Shown piece after piece: positions 1-10,043 of a stretch of DNA of 37,610 bases. Source of the DNA: Candidatus Heimdallarchaeota archaeon. Lineage in GTDB: Archaea > Asgardarchaeota > Heimdallarchaeia > Heimdallarchaeales > Heimdallarchaeaceae. Every line of letters starts with the position of its first letter. Position 1 is the stretch's first letter. The notes beneath the pieces were generated by a model, which searched no databases, was not told the origin of the DNA, and saw only the letters and a program-made list of their open reading frames with translations. The stretch is from the NCBI GenBank assembly GCA_016839945.1, contig JAEOTE010000100.1, positions 1 to 37,610 of the forward strand, read 5' to 3'. The position numbers and the translations under genes are program-made.

Positions 1-1704
1 GTTGTTTCATCATTAATAGCTAGTTCTTTAGCAATTCTAGTTGAAATTAAGAAAACAGACCCAAAAGTACACAAATTCTTCTCCACAATTCTATCATTAG
101 AAATAGCTATAATGAATTCAGATGTTTCAGCTTTTCAGAAACATGCCAAAGTTTTCAAAGAAATTCTTTTTGATGAAGTTTTAATCCATGAGTATCCACT
201 ATTAACAATGCAAGTTGTTAGTGATCTTGCATATAGAGAATTTCGAATAGGAAATCTATCCTATTCAGGTTGGTTAGAAATCTATAAGGAATTATCTGAA
301 GCATTAAACATGGATACGAAAAGGTTAGATTGTTACACCATGTTAGGAGGTATATACAGATTTAAGGGATATCTTGAAGATTCCTACGAATACTATAACA
401 AAGCAATGGTTCTTGCAGAAAAAATAGGTAACAAAGATTCTATTGCTTCACTAATCTCGAATATAGCTGATTTAGAGCATACAAAAGGAAATCTTGAGAA
501 AGCTTTGTTTTTGTGTAGTGAAGCTTTGAAAGATCCTGAGATATCTCAATCAAAACCTTCTATCTATATCAACATGGCTGAGATATTAATAAAATTGGAG
601 AAATATCAAGATTCAGTAAACTATTTGAAAAAAGCTGATAAACTAACGAATCAGCAATCACCAGTTGTAAACCTACTTTATGGATATGTTTTAACAAAGC
701 TTCCTGGAAAAACTAATTTTAATGAAGGCATTAAATATCTAGAAAAGGGAGGTTTATTGAGCGAGAAAGCTAAAAACCAACGCTACATGACAATTTATCA
801 CTTTTTAACAGGAAGAGTTTATCTAGATACATTTGATCTTTCTTCAGCAATTAAATCATTTGAGACATGCTATTCTCTTGCTCTGTTGAGTGAATTTCAA
901 TATGTCCTATTATCACAGCTTTATCTTGCAGAAACATATTTACTCCGATACAAAATTTCTCAACTTGATCGAGATTTAACAAACTCGGAAAGATATCTTG
1001 CTAATGTAATTTCAATATGTCATGAACAAGAGCTTCCAATATTAGCTGATGTTCTTTATCTAAGTGGTCAGTTACTAGTTACTTTAAATGAGCTTGTGGA
1101 TGCTGAATTTATTTTCAGTCAATCAAGAGATTTAGCTGAAGAAAATAATAACCTAAATCTTGCTATTAAATGCGAAGAAAGTATTAAGATGATCCAAACT
1201 AACAAGGTAGAAAAATCTTCAACAATCATCAATGAAATGACCGACATTATAAACAATTTAGCAAAGAAATCCTATATCAAGAAAACAGAACGATTACCAC
1301 AAATCTATTTTCTAAATGTTTTTACAAACGAAGGAGCATATGTTTTCTCTTACCTTTTTGATAAAAGTTTGCAACTAAATGATGTTCTTATATCAGGTTT
1401 AGTTTCAGCCATAAGAACAATGTCATCTGAAGTGTTTGCATCAGGATTAAGAGGAATAGATTTTGAAGGCAAAAAACTTCTAGTTGAAAACTTCGGAGAA
1501 TATTGTGGTATATTAGCTTGTGATCGTGATAGTTTTAATGCTAGAACAATTTTGTATGACTTTGTTAAACGATTTAATAACAAATTCGAAGAATATGCTC
1601 ATAGAGTTAACGAATTAGGAGCTGTTGATGAGATAAGCAAAGAAGCTAATAAAATGGTCTCTACAATTTTTGGAAAATTGATGAGAAGTGTAATTCCTCC
1701 ATGA
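1..1704 (+). CDS. TPR-repeat protein with C-terminal longin-like domain (probably 5'-truncated by the window edge)
   Basis: Frame is open from base 1 (VVSSLIASSLAIL...) to the ATG at 112. TPR-like helical repeats (LGGIYRFKGYLEDSYEYYNKAM; IADLEHTKGNLEKAL). C-terminal ~130 aa has the longin pattern beta-beta-alpha-beta-beta-beta-alpha (IYFLNVFTNEGAYVFSY...LISGLVSAIRTMSSEV...LYDFVKRFNNKF). Confidence 0.75.
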   Translation, partial: VVSSLIASSLAILVEIKKTDPKVHKFFSTILSLEIAIMNSDVSAFQKHAKVFKEILFDEVLIHEYPLLTMQVVSDLAYREFRIGNLSYSGWLEIYKELSEALNMDTKRLDCYTMLGGIYRFKGYLEDSYEYYNKAMVLAEKIGNKDSIASLISNIADLEHTKGNLEKALFLCSEALKDPEISQSKPSIYINMAEILIKLEKYQDSVNYLKKADKLTNQQSPVVNLLYGYVLTKLPGKTNFNEGIKYLEKGGLLSEKAKNQRYMTIYHFLTGRVYLDTFDLSSAIKSFETCYSLALLSEFQYVLLSQLYLAETYLLRYKISQLDRDLTNSERYLANVISICHEQELPILADVLYLSGQLLVTLNELVDAEFIFSQSRDLAEENNNLNLAIKCEESIKMIQTNKVEKSSTIINEMTDIINNLAKKSYIKKTERLPQIYFLNVFTNEGAYVFSYLFDKSLQLNDVLISGLVSAIRTMSSEVFASGLRGIDFEGKKLLVENFGEYCGILACDRDSFNARTILYDFVKRFNNKFEEYAHRVNELGAVDEISKEANKMVSTIFGKLMRSVIPP

Positions 1705-1707
1705 TAA

Positions 1708-1723
1708 AGAAAAGCTTTATTAT
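1708..1723 (+). promoter_or_regulatory. Candidate archaeal BRE/TATA promoter for a leaderless threonine synthase transcript
   Basis: Purine-rich AGAAAAGC followed by TTTATTAT (1716-1723), 29 nt upstream of the ATG at 1745; no Shine-Dalgarno motif. AT-rich background limits specificity. Confidence 0.45.
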
Positions 1724-1744
1724 TAGTAGAAAAACTTCTAAACA

Positions 1745-2956
1745 ATGGATTCAACAGCTGAAATTCCTTCATTTCTAAAAAACTTAGTATGTACTAAATG
1801 TCTAAAACAATATGATCCTGATGAGTTACATAGACTTTGTACTTGTGGCAAAGTATTGTTTGCAGAATATGATATAGAAGATGCAAAAGAAGAGATCTCT
1901 AAGACATCTTTTGAAAAAAGGAAACACAATATTTGGCGAATAGCAGAGATGATGCCAGTAAGAAAGGAAAAACATCGATTTAGTCTAGGAGAAGGATTCA
2001 CTCCATTACTCAGGTTAAACAACCTAGGAAAAATTCTAGGATTGAAAACCCTCCTCCTAAAAAATGAGGGGGAAAATCCAACTGGATCCTTTAAGAGTAG
2101 AGGACTTTGTGCAGCTGTTTCTAGAGCATATGAATTAGGTGTAAGAGAGTTTTCTATACCAACTGCAGGAAATGCTGGGGCTGCATTAGCTGCTTATGCA
2201 GCAAGAACAAATACTCAAGCTCATGTTTTCATGCCAAAAGATACACCTCCTCTAATAATCAATGAGATAAATGCCTTTGGGGCAAAATATCATTTAGTAG
2301 ATGGTCTAATTACTGATGCTGGAAAAGAAGCTAGAGAAGCAGCTGAGGAGCATGGATATTTTGATATGTCAACTTTAAAGGAACCTTATCGTGTTGAAGG
2401 AAAAAAAACAATGGGGTATGAAATAGCTGAACAAATGGATTGGTCTCTACCTGATGCAATCATCTACCCTACTGGAGGGGGAACAGGAATAATAGGAATG
2501 AGAAAAGCTTTCGATGAAATGGAAAAGCTAGGACTAATTGGAAGTGAAAGACCAAGAATGATATCGGTTCAATCTTCAGGATGTGCACCTATAGTGAAAG
2601 CATTTCATGAAGGAAAAAAACACGCAGAATTTTGGGAAAATGCTGAAACAATAGCTGCAGGTTTAAGAGTACCAGCTGCAATTGCGGATTATTTAATCCT
2701 AGAAACAATATATGATTCAAAAGGTTCTGCTATTGAAGTAGATGATTTAACAATCAAAATTTCCATGGCTCAAGTAGCAAAGGAAGAAGGAATTATGCTT
2801 GCACCAGAAGCAGCTGCTACAGTTGCTGCTCTTAATCCACTAATCGAAAACAAGGAAATTAGTAAAGATGAGAAGATTATTGTGTTTGGTACTGGTTCAG
2901 GTTTAACAACACCTGAAGAGTGGGAGATAAAAGCAATGGTAGATTATATAAAATAG
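1745..2956 (+). CDS. thrC: Threonine synthase family PLP-dependent enzyme (fold type II)
   Basis: N-terminal CxxC...CxC ribbon, SLGEGFTPL, PLP lysine motif NPTGSFKSRG, TAGNAG, PYRVEGKKT, PTGGGTG, final GTGSGL. Confidence 0.85.
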   Translation: MDSTAEIPSFLKNLVCTKCLKQYDPDELHRLCTCGKVLFAEYDIEDAKEEISKTSFEKRKHNIWRIAEMMPVRKEKHRFSLGEGFTPLLRLNNLGKILGLKTLLLKNEGENPTGSFKSRGLCAAVSRAYELGVREFSIPTAGNAGAALAAYAARTNTQAHVFMPKDTPPLIINEINAFGAKYHLVDGLITDAGKEAREAAEEHGYFDMSTLKEPYRVEGKKTMGYEIAEQMDWSLPDAIIYPTGGGTGIIGMRKAFDEMEKLGLIGSERPRMISVQSSGCAPIVKAFHEGKKHAEFWENAETIAAGLRVPAAIADYLILETIYDSKGSAIEVDDLTIKISMAQVAKEEGIMLAPEAAATVAALNPLIENKEISKDEKIIVFGTGSGLTTPEEWEIKAMVDYIK

Positions 2957-3058
2957 ATTTCCAGTTATATTTTGTTTTTATATATTCTTCTTGATGCTAA
3001 GGATACTATAGATATCAAGCTTATTATAAACAGAAAAGAAATAGTTGGGTGAAGAAAA

Positions 3059-4006
3059 TTATACTTTTGGTATAATCTCTTCTTTGAATATCTTCATTTG
3101 TTCCAACTCTTTCTGATATGGAAACATTATAATGAAATGATCAAGATTCAGAGTTTTGTATCCTTTAAGCTTCTCTATTAATTGCTCCTTAGTTCCCACT
3201 AAAGCTCTTTCCATTCCTTTTTCGATTTCTTCAACTGGTACTTTCCTCTCTTCTGCACCTTTTTTTATTGCATCTTTCTTAGCTTCTTCATCAGGAAAGA
3301 TATCAGTCCAAGCACCATAAGATTTTTTGATTTTTGAAGGATCTCTGCCTTCTTCTTTTGCTAGCTTATCAAATTCATCAAGTTTCTCTTTTAGCTCTTC
3401 TGGTGGGATTGCCCACACATAATTAATCCCTTCTGCATATTTAGCTGCTAACCTTGTCATTTTCGGTTTTCCTGAACCTAGTCCAATCCAGATTGTTGGA
3501 TAAGGGTTTTGATATGGTTTAGGAGCAGCTACAGCATCTTTAATTTGATAATATTCTCCTTCAAAATTTGTTCTTTCTTCTGTCCATAGTTTCTTATAAA
3601 TTTGCAAAGATTCTTCAAGCTGCTTTATTCTTACTCCTGCTGAGGGAAATTCAATTCCATAAGCTTCATATTCCAGATCCTTCCAACCTGCTCCTATTCC
3701 AAATTCAATCCTACCTTCAGAATAATGATCCAAGCAAGCAATTTGTTTTGCTAATACTGCTGGATATCTGTATGAATTGCTTAAAACTAAAGGTCCTATT
3801 CTCAGTTTCTGTGTATAGGATGCAGCAGCTGTCATTGCCATAATACATTCGAATGAATTTTGATCAATAGAATCAGCACGAAGCATAAAGTGATCTGAAA
3901 ACCATGCATGAGTGAAATCTATTTCCTCAGCATATTGAACTATATTTTTTATTTCCTCAAAAGTAAAACCAAATTGAGGTTCTATTTGAACACCATAGGA
4001 TTTCAT
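3059..4006 (-). CDS. Luciferase-like (LLM) oxidoreductase, probably F420-dependent
   Basis: WFSDHF, YRYPAVLAKQIACLDHYSEGRIEFGIGAGW, FEGEYY, PKPYQNPYPTIWIG. Start reassigned to ATG at 4006 (MKSYGVQ); the longer ORF call overlaps the divergent gene. Confidence 0.85.
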   Translation of the reverse strand: MKSYGVQIEPQFGFTFEEIKNIVQYAEEIDFTHAWFSDHFMLRADSIDQNSFECIMAMTAAASYTQKLRIGPLVLSNSYRYPAVLAKQIACLDHYSEGRIEFGIGAGWKDLEYEAYGIEFPSAGVRIKQLEESLQIYKKLWTEERTNFEGEYYQIKDAVAAPKPYQNPYPTIWIGLGSGKPKMTRLAAKYAEGINYVWAIPPEELKEKLDEFDKLAKEEGRDPSKIKKSYGAWTDIFPDEEAKKDAIKKGAEERKVPVEEIEKGMERALVGTKEQLIEKLKGYKTLNLDHFIIMFPYQKELEQMKIFKEEIIPKV

Positions 4007-4098
4007 AACAGTGTTTTTCACTAGGAATTTATAAACATTAGTTGATTCAATCCAAAAAAAGGAATAAATAAATATAAGTTTTCTAGAACTATTAATTA

Positions 4099-4476
4099 AT
4101 GCTAATAATTGAATTCTTTGATAACATTGATAAAGAAGATTTTTTCTGGGGTTCAGTAGCATTCATCTTAATCTTCGTAACTGGTTTTATTATAGGATTT
4201 GTAATTAATTTGCTTTGGATAATTATTGTAGCTGCTATAACTGCTGGTCTCTTTGCTATATGGTGTTTTCTCTGGATATTTGCTAATTGGCATGAATGGA
4301 GAAAAGAAAAAGAATTACTTGTGGAGTTACCTAGCTTTCCTGAAAAAACTTTCTGTGATATGTGCTCAAAAGAATTAGAAGGTGGAGAAAGAAAAACTGA
4401 TGGTGAATTCCTTACAATAGTATGTCCTCATTGTGATGCTGAAAACATTGTTTCAAGTGAACAAAAAATACAATAA
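4099..4476 (+). CDS. Two-TM membrane protein with C-terminal zinc ribbon
   Basis: Hydrophobic hairpin at about aa 15-62, then CDMC-x17-CPHC. Confidence 0.7.
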   Translation: MLIIEFFDNIDKEDFFWGSVAFILIFVTGFIIGFVINLLWIIIVAAITAGLFAIWCFLWIFANWHEWRKEKELLVELPSFPEKTFCDMCSKELEGGERKTDGEFLTIVCPHCDAENIVSSEQKIQ

Positions 4477-4569
4477 ATTGAAAAAACCCATGAGGATGAA
4501 GCAGAAAGTTAATTCAATTCTAAAGATTAGTTTTTTATAATAGAATAGGTTTTTTCTATTTGAGGACAT

Positions 4570-5511
4570 TTGGTCGATGTAGAGGGACTTATAGGTTTCA
4601 TTTTTCAAGCAGGGATAGTGCTACTGATAATTGTGCTTTATACTGCGAAAATAGCTTCTAAAAGAAGAAGAAAAAATCAAATGAGACAACAATCTCAGCA
4701 GTATCACTATTCTGTTCAAGCAACTCCACAAAGAACTCAAACTAGAGTATTTAGAGACCTAGACCAGATTATAAAAGAACTCAACATTACAGATCACATG
4801 CATTTTGAAAGAAGAGAAAATGGTTTTAGCTTTCATGTACCTGAAAATCATCAATATTCCTTATTTTCATCAATAAGAGTAGTAGAAACAAGAAAATATA
4901 TGAAATTATTTGCAAGTCTAAGAAAGTCACTTCCTTCTACTTTAGACATTAGAAAAAGAGAAAGTGCTAAAATGGATTCCTTTCCAACAGAAATCTTGAT
5001 TTCTAAATTGAGCAATGTTTATCAAATATTTTCAGAATCTCCTGCAATCTGGGAAGAAGTGTTGAAAAACGAAAATTCAAAAGAACAACTGTTAGCTCTT
5101 AGAACCTATGTAGAATCTGTTTACATAAGAGGAGATTACGTTGAAGCTGTGGTGTATTACGATGCTGCTGTTTTAAGAATTCTAGAATTTGTCATTTATA
5201 GTCATACAATACTTACAACATTGTTTTCAGGAATAGATGAATATGAAGTTGAAAGTTTAAAATGCTATAATTGTGGGGATCCATTTGATGTCACAGAAGA
5301 AGTGTGTGATAAATGCAACTCTCCAAGACCTCGATGTATAATATGTCATCTCGATTTAAAACGTAGCGATAAAGAAGAAGTTGTCACTCTTCCTTGTTGT
5401 GATATATATAGTCATAAAAATCATATTATTTCGTGGTTGAAACAAAATCCCCATTGCCCTAATTGTCACAAAAATCTAAGTCACTGGTTAAACAAAGTAT
5501 TAATGTTTTGA
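4570..5511 (+). CDS. Membrane-anchored zinc ribbon + RING finger protein (putative E3 ligase-like)
   Basis: N-terminal TM followed by KRRRK; CYNC-x10-CDKC ribbon; CIIC-x16-CC-x4-H-x2-H-x3-W-x6-CPNC. TTG start preceded by GAGGA. Confidence 0.8.
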   Translation: MVDVEGLIGFIFQAGIVLLIIVLYTAKIASKRRRKNQMRQQSQQYHYSVQATPQRTQTRVFRDLDQIIKELNITDHMHFERRENGFSFHVPENHQYSLFSSIRVVETRKYMKLFASLRKSLPSTLDIRKRESAKMDSFPTEILISKLSNVYQIFSESPAIWEEVLKNENSKEQLLALRTYVESVYIRGDYVEAVVYYDAAVLRILEFVIYSHTILTTLFSGIDEYEVESLKCYNCGDPFDVTEEVCDKCNSPRPRCIICHLDLKRSDKEEVVTLPCCDIYSHKNHIISWLKQNPHCPNCHKNLSHWLNKVLMF

Positions 5512-5578
5512 ACTGGATAAATTTTTATTTCTAAAGAGATTGAATAGTATTATAATAGATATTTTCTGAGGTAATTAT

Positions 5579-5986
5579 ATGAAAAAAGATAAGCAAGAAA
5601 AAAGACGAGTCAGAACTCAAGCAAGCTTGGATTTGATTGGAAGAATTAGACTCTATTTCCTACGAGGTCATAACTCTTGGTTGTATCTTCCGATATGGTT
5701 TGTTAATATTATGATAATTATTTACAAACTGTTTCTTGAAGATTTGGAATTTATGCCTGAATGGGTGTCATTCTGGAAATTCGCATTATTTTTCACCGTA
5801 CTATATCTCCCAATAGCAGTTTTAATTGGTAGATTCGACTACTATAGAGGAACATACAAAGGTGAAGCTGAATTAGGAATGCATGTCAACCCAATATGGA
5901 AAAGGCAATTCAATGAGATGGAAATTCTAAGAAATGAAGTAAAGGAATTGAAAGCTCTATTAATTGAAAAGAATAAGGATGAATAG
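5579..5986 (+). CDS. Hypothetical two-TM membrane protein with C-terminal coiled coil
   Basis: Two hydrophobic segments; heptad-like tail (FNEMEILRNEVKELKALL); GAGGT SD upstream. Confidence 0.7.
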   Translation: MKKDKQEKRRVRTQASLDLIGRIRLYFLRGHNSWLYLPIWFVNIMIIIYKLFLEDLEFMPEWVSFWKFALFFTVLYLPIAVLIGRFDYYRGTYKGEAELGMHVNPIWKRQFNEMEILRNEVKELKALLIEKNKDE

Positions 5987-5992
5987 AAAGAA

Positions 5993-6346
5993 TTAATCCA
6001 AATATGGGATAATGCAGAGAAATACTAATGGTTCATTTCCAGTATTTTTGTATCCATGTTTCTCCTCTGGAGGAACATACAGTACATCATCTTTTATTAT
6101 GTCAAATTTATCCTTAGAAGTGAAAACTTCTCCTTTTCCATTTAAACAGTAAATCTCATGTTCTTGTGGATGTTCATGTAATCCTATTTGTCCTTCAGGT
6201 TGAATTTCAAACCTTCTGAGTGCATATCTAGGAGCTCCTTCTTTTTCACGTGTAATTAACCATCTAACAGTTGTTCCTGTTGATTCATAATCGGTAACTT
6301 GTAACTCTTCTTCATCAGTATAATGCTTTTTTTTCATATTTCTCAC
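5993..6346 (-). CDS. Cupin domain protein
   Basis: Cupin motifs PEGQIGLHEHPQEHEIYCLNGKG and DVLYVPPEEKHGYKNTG. Start may be ATG at 6337. Confidence 0.88.
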   Translation of the reverse strand: MRNMKKKHYTDEEELQVTDYESTGTTVRWLITREKEGAPRYALRRFEIQPEGQIGLHEHPQEHEIYCLNGKGEVFTSKDKFDIIKDDVLYVPPEEKHGYKNTGNEPLVFLCIIPYLD

Positions 6347-6461
6347 TCTTACTATCAGAAGAACTTTTTATTCTTTTTTGTTTAACGAATAATCTGCAAA
6401 CACAAATCCTTATTTATTTCCTCAACATACTGCTCATAAAAATGTTGAAGAGGATTGAAAG

Positions 6462-7214
6462 ATGAGTGAAGGATTTTGCCCTGATCAATGTCCCCATTAT
6501 TATAAAGAATTTTTAAGAGAAATAGATTTTGGACAGAGTTTTAGGAAAGGGGTTTACAAAGAAATTGGATTGAAAAACGCACGTAGAATTCTTGAAGTAG
6601 GTTGTAGAACAGGAATTATCAGTCATGAAATAAGAAAAGAATCAGATGCACAAATTACAGCGATTGATTCAGATCATATGAACATTGCAGAAGCATCAGA
6701 AAGAGTTCAAGGTGTTGAATTCTATAGAGAAACAGCTGATAAATTATCTATGCGAGATGAAATTTTTGATATAGTACTATGTCATTATTTATTTCTCTGG
6801 AAACCGAAACCATTCGGAACTTTAATGGAAATGAAGAGAGTATTAAAGAAAGGAGGTTACATTGTAGCTCTTGCAGAACCAGATTATGGAGCTTGGATTG
6901 AGCATCCAGATTTGGGATTAGGGAAACGACATATGGAAGCTCTATTCAATCAAGGTGCAAATCCTCAGATTGGAAGAGGTTTGCTTTCAATCTTTTCTTC
7001 AGGTGGATTAGACACAAAAGTATTCGTAAACTCAAGGATTTGGGGACAAGAAGAACTTGAAGGACACATTGCAGATGAATGGTTTAACATTCAAAAAGAA
7101 GGATTAATCTCTGAAGAAGAATATAATGCAAAAATAGAGGAAGAGAAAAAAGTTATTGAGAATAACCTACGAATCATCTCACTTCCTATATTTACTGCAA
7201 TAGGAAAGAAATAA
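6462..7214 (+). CDS. Class I SAM-dependent methyltransferase
   Basis: Motif I ILEVGCRTG, ITAID, FDIVLCH, MKRVLKKGG. Confidence 0.82.
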   Translation: MSEGFCPDQCPHYYKEFLREIDFGQSFRKGVYKEIGLKNARRILEVGCRTGIISHEIRKESDAQITAIDSDHMNIAEASERVQGVEFYRETADKLSMRDEIFDIVLCHYLFLWKPKPFGTLMEMKRVLKKGGYIVALAEPDYGAWIEHPDLGLGKRHMEALFNQGANPQIGRGLLSIFSSGGLDTKVFVNSRIWGQEELEGHIADEWFNIQKEGLISEEEYNAKIEEEKKVIENNLRIISLPIFTAIGKK

Positions 7215-7236
7215 GACATCCAATAAATTCTATCTT

Positions 7237-8019
7237 CTATTTATCTTTTTTTTCAATTAGAATAATTAAATCGTTACTTTTTTCTTCATCAAAAGAAGAG
7301 TAGTTAAAATCTCCAAAAAGTCTAAGTTTTAGACTGTTATCTTCTCTAAGTGTTCCAAAATCCTCTTCTCTGACAGCAAAGAATTCTGTTGTTTTTTGAG
7401 ATTGTTCAAAATCTTCTAGATTTTTTTCCTTTTGTTTCAGACGCTGAACATACATTCTCACTTTTTCTTTATCTTTATTTATCCATTCTAATATTCGAAC
7501 AAAAAAACTAATTAATCCATTATTTTCTCTGAAAACTTTAGGATTGATAGTCCACACAGATTTATCTTTATTTTTGAAATAATTTACAACTTGAATCACT
7601 ATTTTTCCACTAGGTTTTAGCGATGCTACAGCTTGCTTTAGGATACTTTGTCTTTCTTCTGGAGAAAATAGTGCAAAACTATTTCCCAAACAAACGACTA
7701 AATCAAATTTCTTATCACCAATAGTGTCATGTAAGTATCTCATATCTCCAAAAGAGGAATTCAGTAAATGCTCCAAATTATATTCTTTTATTCGTTTTAG
7801 TGCCAGTTCAATACTTTCTTCAGAAAAATCTATACCATAACCAAAGTATCCCCAGCTAGCAAGAAGTATAAGATGGTGACCAATACCACATCCGAGATCT
7901 AAAACATTATTTTCCTCAGGTTTGAAATCTTTAACTAAGCTGTGAAAAAAATCTTTCTCTCGATCAAGTCTTTTATCCCAATCAACCATCTTATAGAATA
8001 AATTGGAATCATCACTCAT
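7237..8019 (-). CDS. Class I SAM-dependent methyltransferase (glycine/sarcosine N-methyltransferase-like)
   Basis: VLDLGCGIG, GIDFS, GDMR, FDLVVCLGNSF, LKPSG. Confidence 0.85.
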   Translation of the reverse strand: MSDDSNLFYKMVDWDKRLDREKDFFHSLVKDFKPEENNVLDLGCGIGHHLILLASWGYFGYGIDFSEESIELALKRIKEYNLEHLLNSSFGDMRYLHDTIGDKKFDLVVCLGNSFALFSPEERQSILKQAVASLKPSGKIVIQVVNYFKNKDKSVWTINPKVFRENNGLISFFVRILEWINKDKEKVRMYVQRLKQKEKNLEDFEQSQKTTEFFAVREEDFGTLREDNSLKLRLFGDFNYSSFDEEKSNDLIILIEKKDK

Positions 8020-8160
8020 AGTTAGGAAAGAATTCCATTCATTAATATCTTTTCCATTTTGTCAAAAATTGTTTCTCTATCATTTACATAAAAAAGTTTT
8101 ATATCTCCAAAAAATAAAAGAATTAGAAATAACCCATTAACAACTGAAGAGAAAGATACT

Positions 8161-9057
8161 ATGACCAATAAAATGAAAATCAAAAATCTACGATTTGGGC
8201 TTGTAGGAGCTCATACTCCACCTCTAAAAGATGCTATGGAAAAAAGGGGATACAATGTAAAACTCCTTCCAACAACACATTTTCCTAAATTTAAAGAAAT
8301 AAAAGAAGTGGATATAATTTATGGAGCTTATTTTCAATCCGCATGGACATGGTTTTTCATTGGTAAACTCGCTAGGAAGAAAACTCTGTGTCACTGGGTT
8401 GGATCAGATTCTCTACTAGCAATAAAAAATAAGAAGAGAAGAATTCAGACAAAACTATTCAGTAGATATATAGATACTCATGTTGCAGTCTCTGAAAGAA
8501 TAAAAGAGGAACTAGCTGAAATAGGATATGAAAGCACAGTTTTGTTTCATGGATCAGATATTGAACCAGAGGATATGGATTTACCAAAAAAACATGCTGC
8601 TCTGATTTATTTTACTGAAGACAGAGAGAAATTATATGGTTTGAAAAGAATTATTGCTATTTCAAAGATTTTTTCAGATATCGACTATTATTTCATTGGT
8701 CATTTTGATATAAAGAAGTATTCAGAATTATATCCCCAAAAGAATTTACATTTTCTAGGTTTTGTTAATTTAGAAGAGCTTTGGTCAAAAATCACTGTAG
8801 TTATTCGCATGACGGAACATGATGGTTTTCCCAAAACAATGGTTGAAGCATACTCAAAAGGTAGATATGCTATTCATAACTATCCTCTTCCAGGAGTAAT
8901 TCATTGTCAGACAGATGAAGATGTGATAAGGGAATTAAAGAAAATAGTTAAGGAAAATCAGATCAATAAAAAAGGCATAAAGCTATTTGAAGAAGAATTT
9001 CATTTTGATAAATTCTTAGATAAGTTCGAAGAAATATGTCAAAATCTCTATTCTTAA
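8161..9057 (+). CDS. Glycosyltransferase, GT-B fold (GT4-like)
   Basis: HWVGSD, VAVSERIK, LHFLGFV, DGFPKTMVEA (variant of the E-x7-E donor-binding motif); adjacent to sugar-nucleotide enzymes. Confidence 0.7.
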   Translation: MTNKMKIKNLRFGLVGAHTPPLKDAMEKRGYNVKLLPTTHFPKFKEIKEVDIIYGAYFQSAWTWFFIGKLARKKTLCHWVGSDSLLAIKNKKRRIQTKLFSRYIDTHVAVSERIKEELAEIGYESTVLFHGSDIEPEDMDLPKKHAALIYFTEDREKLYGLKRIIAISKIFSDIDYYFIGHFDIKKYSELYPQKNLHFLGFVNLEELWSKITVVIRMTEHDGFPKTMVEAYSKGRYAIHNYPLPGVIHCQTDEDVIRELKKIVKENQINKKGIKLFEEEFHFDKFLDKFEEICQNLYS

Positions 9058-9104
9058 TAAAACTACTAATAAAATTCTTAAATGCTAGATTTACATCATA
9101 TTCA

Positions 9105-9992
9105 ATGAGAATTCTTATTACAGGATCAAGTGGTTTCCTTGGTTCCAATCTTATTCAATATATAAAGAAGAATCATGAAGATTGGGAAATATTTGGTTTT
9201 GATATTAAGAAGAGAAAAGAAAATGATTATAATTTTGAAAAAATTGATTTTAATGATACAAAAGATTGGAAGAATATCTTTCAAAGAATTGAACCTGATA
9301 TAATATTCCATCTGGTTGGATTATTTGTTGGTAATGAATCAGAAATGTTTGATACAAATACTGCTTCTTTCTTTAATTTCATAAATGGATTACGCGAATC
9401 TGATGTAGAAAGTAGACTATTAATTACAGGTTCAGCAGCCCAATATGGAGAAGTTAAGAAAGAAGATAATCCTGTAACAGAAGATCATAAAACAGCTCCT
9501 ACAAGCATTTATGGACTGACAAAGAATTGGCAAGAGGAGCTAGCTATTTTCTATAATCAAACTTATGGAACAAATGTAGTTTGTACAAGACCTTCCACAT
9601 ACATAGGAAAAGGAGTATCACCGGAATTATTAGCTGGATATTTAACAGATAAATTCTTAGAAAAAAAAGACAAGATAGAGATTTCTATAACAAATGCTGA
9701 TGATATAAGAGACTATATAGATATAAGAGATGTGAGTTGTGCTTTAGTAGAACTCATTCTCAATCCAAATACATCTGGGGAAATCTTTAACGTGTCTTCA
9801 AAGAAACCAATATCAAATTTAGAACTTATTAGGAAATTTGAGAAAATAGCTAAAAAGGAAGCGATATTAACTTATACGAATCCAGAAAAAACTCCATTTA
9901 TGATATGGCAAGATAATACTAAAATCAAAGAAAAAATACCTTATGAACTCAATTTCTCACTAGAGGATTCCATCTCATGGTGTTTAGAATGA
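9105..9992 (+). CDS. NAD-dependent sugar-nucleotide epimerase/dehydratase/reductase (extended SDR)
   Basis: ILITGSSGFLG, GSAAQYG, catalytic YGLTK, RDYIDIRDV. Start reassigned to ATG at 9105 (MRILITG). Confidence 0.88.
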   Translation: MRILITGSSGFLGSNLIQYIKKNHEDWEIFGFDIKKRKENDYNFEKIDFNDTKDWKNIFQRIEPDIIFHLVGLFVGNESEMFDTNTASFFNFINGLRESDVESRLLITGSAAQYGEVKKEDNPVTEDHKTAPTSIYGLTKNWQEELAIFYNQTYGTNVVCTRPSTYIGKGVSPELLAGYLTDKFLEKKDKIEISITNADDIRDYIDIRDVSCALVELILNPNTSGEIFNVSSKKPISNLELIRKFEKIAKKEAILTYTNPEKTPFMIWQDNTKIKEKIPYELNFSLEDSISWCLE

Positions 9993-10043
9993 ACAAAAAG
10001 TTCTTTCATAAGATTAAAAAAGAATCAGATATTTTTTCTTCTA

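Noticed and set aside
4007-4162. 52-aa N-terminal extension of the LLM oxidoreductase
   Set aside because: No family similarity, crosses the divergent promoter region and overlaps the next gene.
5335-5469. Two CxxCH motifs (CIICH, CPNCH) suggesting a c-type cytochrome substrate for CcdA
   Set aside because: Both belong to the RING ligand pattern and are predicted cytoplasmic.
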